This document shows, piece after piece, positions 62,774-64,000 of a DNA stretch of 64,000 nt. The position numbers were made by a program, and so were the translations under genes. The stretch's first letter is position 1; every line of letters starts with the position of its first letter. The notes beneath the pieces are model-generated. The model was not told the origin of the DNA, ran no database searches, and saw nothing but the letters and a program-made list of their open reading frames with translations. Origin of the DNA: Candidatus Dormiibacterota bacterium (GTDB lineage: Bacteria; Chloroflexota; Dormibacteria; Aeolococcales; Aeolococcaceae); assembly GCA_963833055.1 (NCBI GenBank), contig CAWHWM010000004.1:324006-388005 (forward strand), given 5' to 3'.

Positions 62774-63313
62774 GTGAAGTGCCCGTTCTGCGGCGAGACG
62801 GATATCAAGGTCGTCAACTCGCGAGACTCCGAGACCGGTGAGGCGATTCGTCGCCGCCGCGAATGCCTTGGCTGTGGCAAGCGTTTCACCACGTACGAGC
62901 GCGTCGAGGTGCCGCCGCTCTACGTCGTGAAGAAGGACGGCAGGCGCGAGGAGTTCAACCGCGCCAAGCTCCTGTCGGGGCTCGTCGTGGCGGCGAAGAA
63001 GACGCGCCTCGCGCCGGCAAATCTCGAGCAGATGGTTGCCGACATCGAGAACGCGCTGCGGAGCCAGAACCTTTCCGAGGTGCCGAGCCGCGAGGTGGGC
63101 GCGATGGTGATGGCGAGATTGCGCGAGATCGACGAGATCGCGTACATTCGATTCGCTTCGGTGTATCGATCCTTCAAGGACGCGCAGGAGATGCGCGCCA
63201 CCATCGAGGATGTGCTGGCGCATCCTCCTGGCACTCGCCCAGACACTGCCCGCCGGCAGCGTAAGCGCCGCGACACCGAGGGTCGCGAACTGCCCCTCGA
63301 CCTCGGCAAGTAG
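62774..63313 (+). CDS. nrdR: Transcriptional repressor NrdR
   Basis: MKCPFC, IRRRREC..C..RFTTYE, VVKKDGRRE, AYIRFASVY. Confidence 0.97.
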   Translation: MKCPFCGETDIKVVNSRDSETGEAIRRRRECLGCGKRFTTYERVEVPPLYVVKKDGRREEFNRAKLLSGLVVAAKKTRLAPANLEQMVADIENALRSQNLSEVPSREVGAMVMARLREIDEIAYIRFASVYRSFKDAQEMRATIEDVLAHPPGTRPDTARRQRKRRDTEGRELPLDLGK

Positions 63314-63319
63314 GGCGCC

Positions 63320-64000
63320 GTGGCGCAGGACGAGGTCCCGGTTGCGGACCGGCTCCAGGCAGTTCGTGCTCGGATCGACGCCGCCGCGGCGCGTGTGCAC
63401 CGCGATCCGCTCGACATCCTGCTGATTGCCGTGACCAAGGGCGTGCGCGCGGAGCGGGTGGACGAGGCGATCGACGCCGGCGTCGAGGATGTGGGCGAGA
63501 ACCGTGTCCAGGAGGCGTCTGACAAGCAGGGGGAGGTGCGCAACACCGCTCGCTGGCACCTGATCGGGCACCTCCAGACGAACAAGGCAGGTCGCGCGGC
63601 CGCGCTGTTCGACTTCGTCCATTCGGTTGACAGCCGGCGCATTGCCGACGCGCTGTCCTCCCACCGTCCGCCCGGGCTCGACCCCATCGGCGTGCTGCTC
63701 GAGTTGGAATTGACCGGGCAGGCGAACCGCTTCGGTGTGCGCGAGGCCGACGTCGAAGGTCTGGTGCAGCAGCTGGTGAATGTGCCCTTCCTGCACCTGA
63801 TGGGACTGATGACGATCGCTCCGTTCTCCGAGGATCCCGAGGGCGCACGTGCGACCTTCACACGGCTGCGGCATATCCGCGATCACATGGAGCATGTGAC
63901 CGGGTGGGCACTTCCGGAGTTGAGCATGGGCATGAGCAACGACTTCGAAGTCGCAATCGAGGAAGGCTCCACGATGGTGCGGGTCGGCCGGGCCATCTTC
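63320..64000 (+). CDS. yggS: YggS PLP homeostasis protein (3' end outside window)
   Basis: Not in track; LIAVTK, GENRVQE, WHLIGHLQTNK, HSVDS, GLMT, LSMGMSNDFE.AIEEGSTMVRVG. Confidence 0.95.
   Translation, partial: MAQDEVPVADRLQAVRARIDAAAARVHRDPLDILLIAVTKGVRAERVDEAIDAGVEDVGENRVQEASDKQGEVRNTARWHLIGHLQTNKAGRAAALFDFVHSVDSRRIADALSSHRPPGLDPIGVLLELELTGQANRFGVREADVEGLVQQLVNVPFLHLMGLMTIAPFSEDPEGARATFTRLRHIRDHMEHVTGWALPELSMGMSNDFEVAIEEGSTMVRVGRAIF

Noticed and set aside
1-64000. Many long antisense/shadow ORFs in the track
   Set aside because: Expected in high-GC DNA; Arg/Pro-rich with no motifs, and overlapping confident genes

Overview
High-GC bacterial chromosomal window. Gene content and Pro/Thr-rich tails suggest a soil Terrabacteria lineage such as Dormibacterota/Chloroflexota; this is inference only. 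Left half: Zn/Mn ABC operon, msrA/msrB, recQ, a WYL regulator divergent from a small ORF plus TM0106-type nuclease-helicase operon, hydrolases, MFS/ABC exporters, redox genes, NrtR, PLD and lon. Middle: trpD, Zn-ribbon, rnhA, DUF1028, RNase P RNA, pepE. Right half: an almost complete dcw cluster (mraZ to ftsQ). It lacks murE, has an Mpl-like ligase in the murC slot, and is interrupted by a DUF222-HNH/ADH/hydrolase block before ftsA-ftsZ-nrdR-yggS. Many genes, including essential ones, carry single-base frameshifts that look like long-read consensus errors. Best leads: tandem NrdR boxes and a structured leader upstream of ftsAZ; a WYL-operator-controlled unannotated ORF with a clamp-motif-like tail heading the nuclease-helicase operon; a non-canonical SOS-like operator pair on the HNH gene; the Mpl-like murC; a 64-bp triplication that relays translational coupling from murB to ddl; and in-frame palindromic insertions in lon and ftsL. 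All family calls come from motif recognition by eye, with no database searches.
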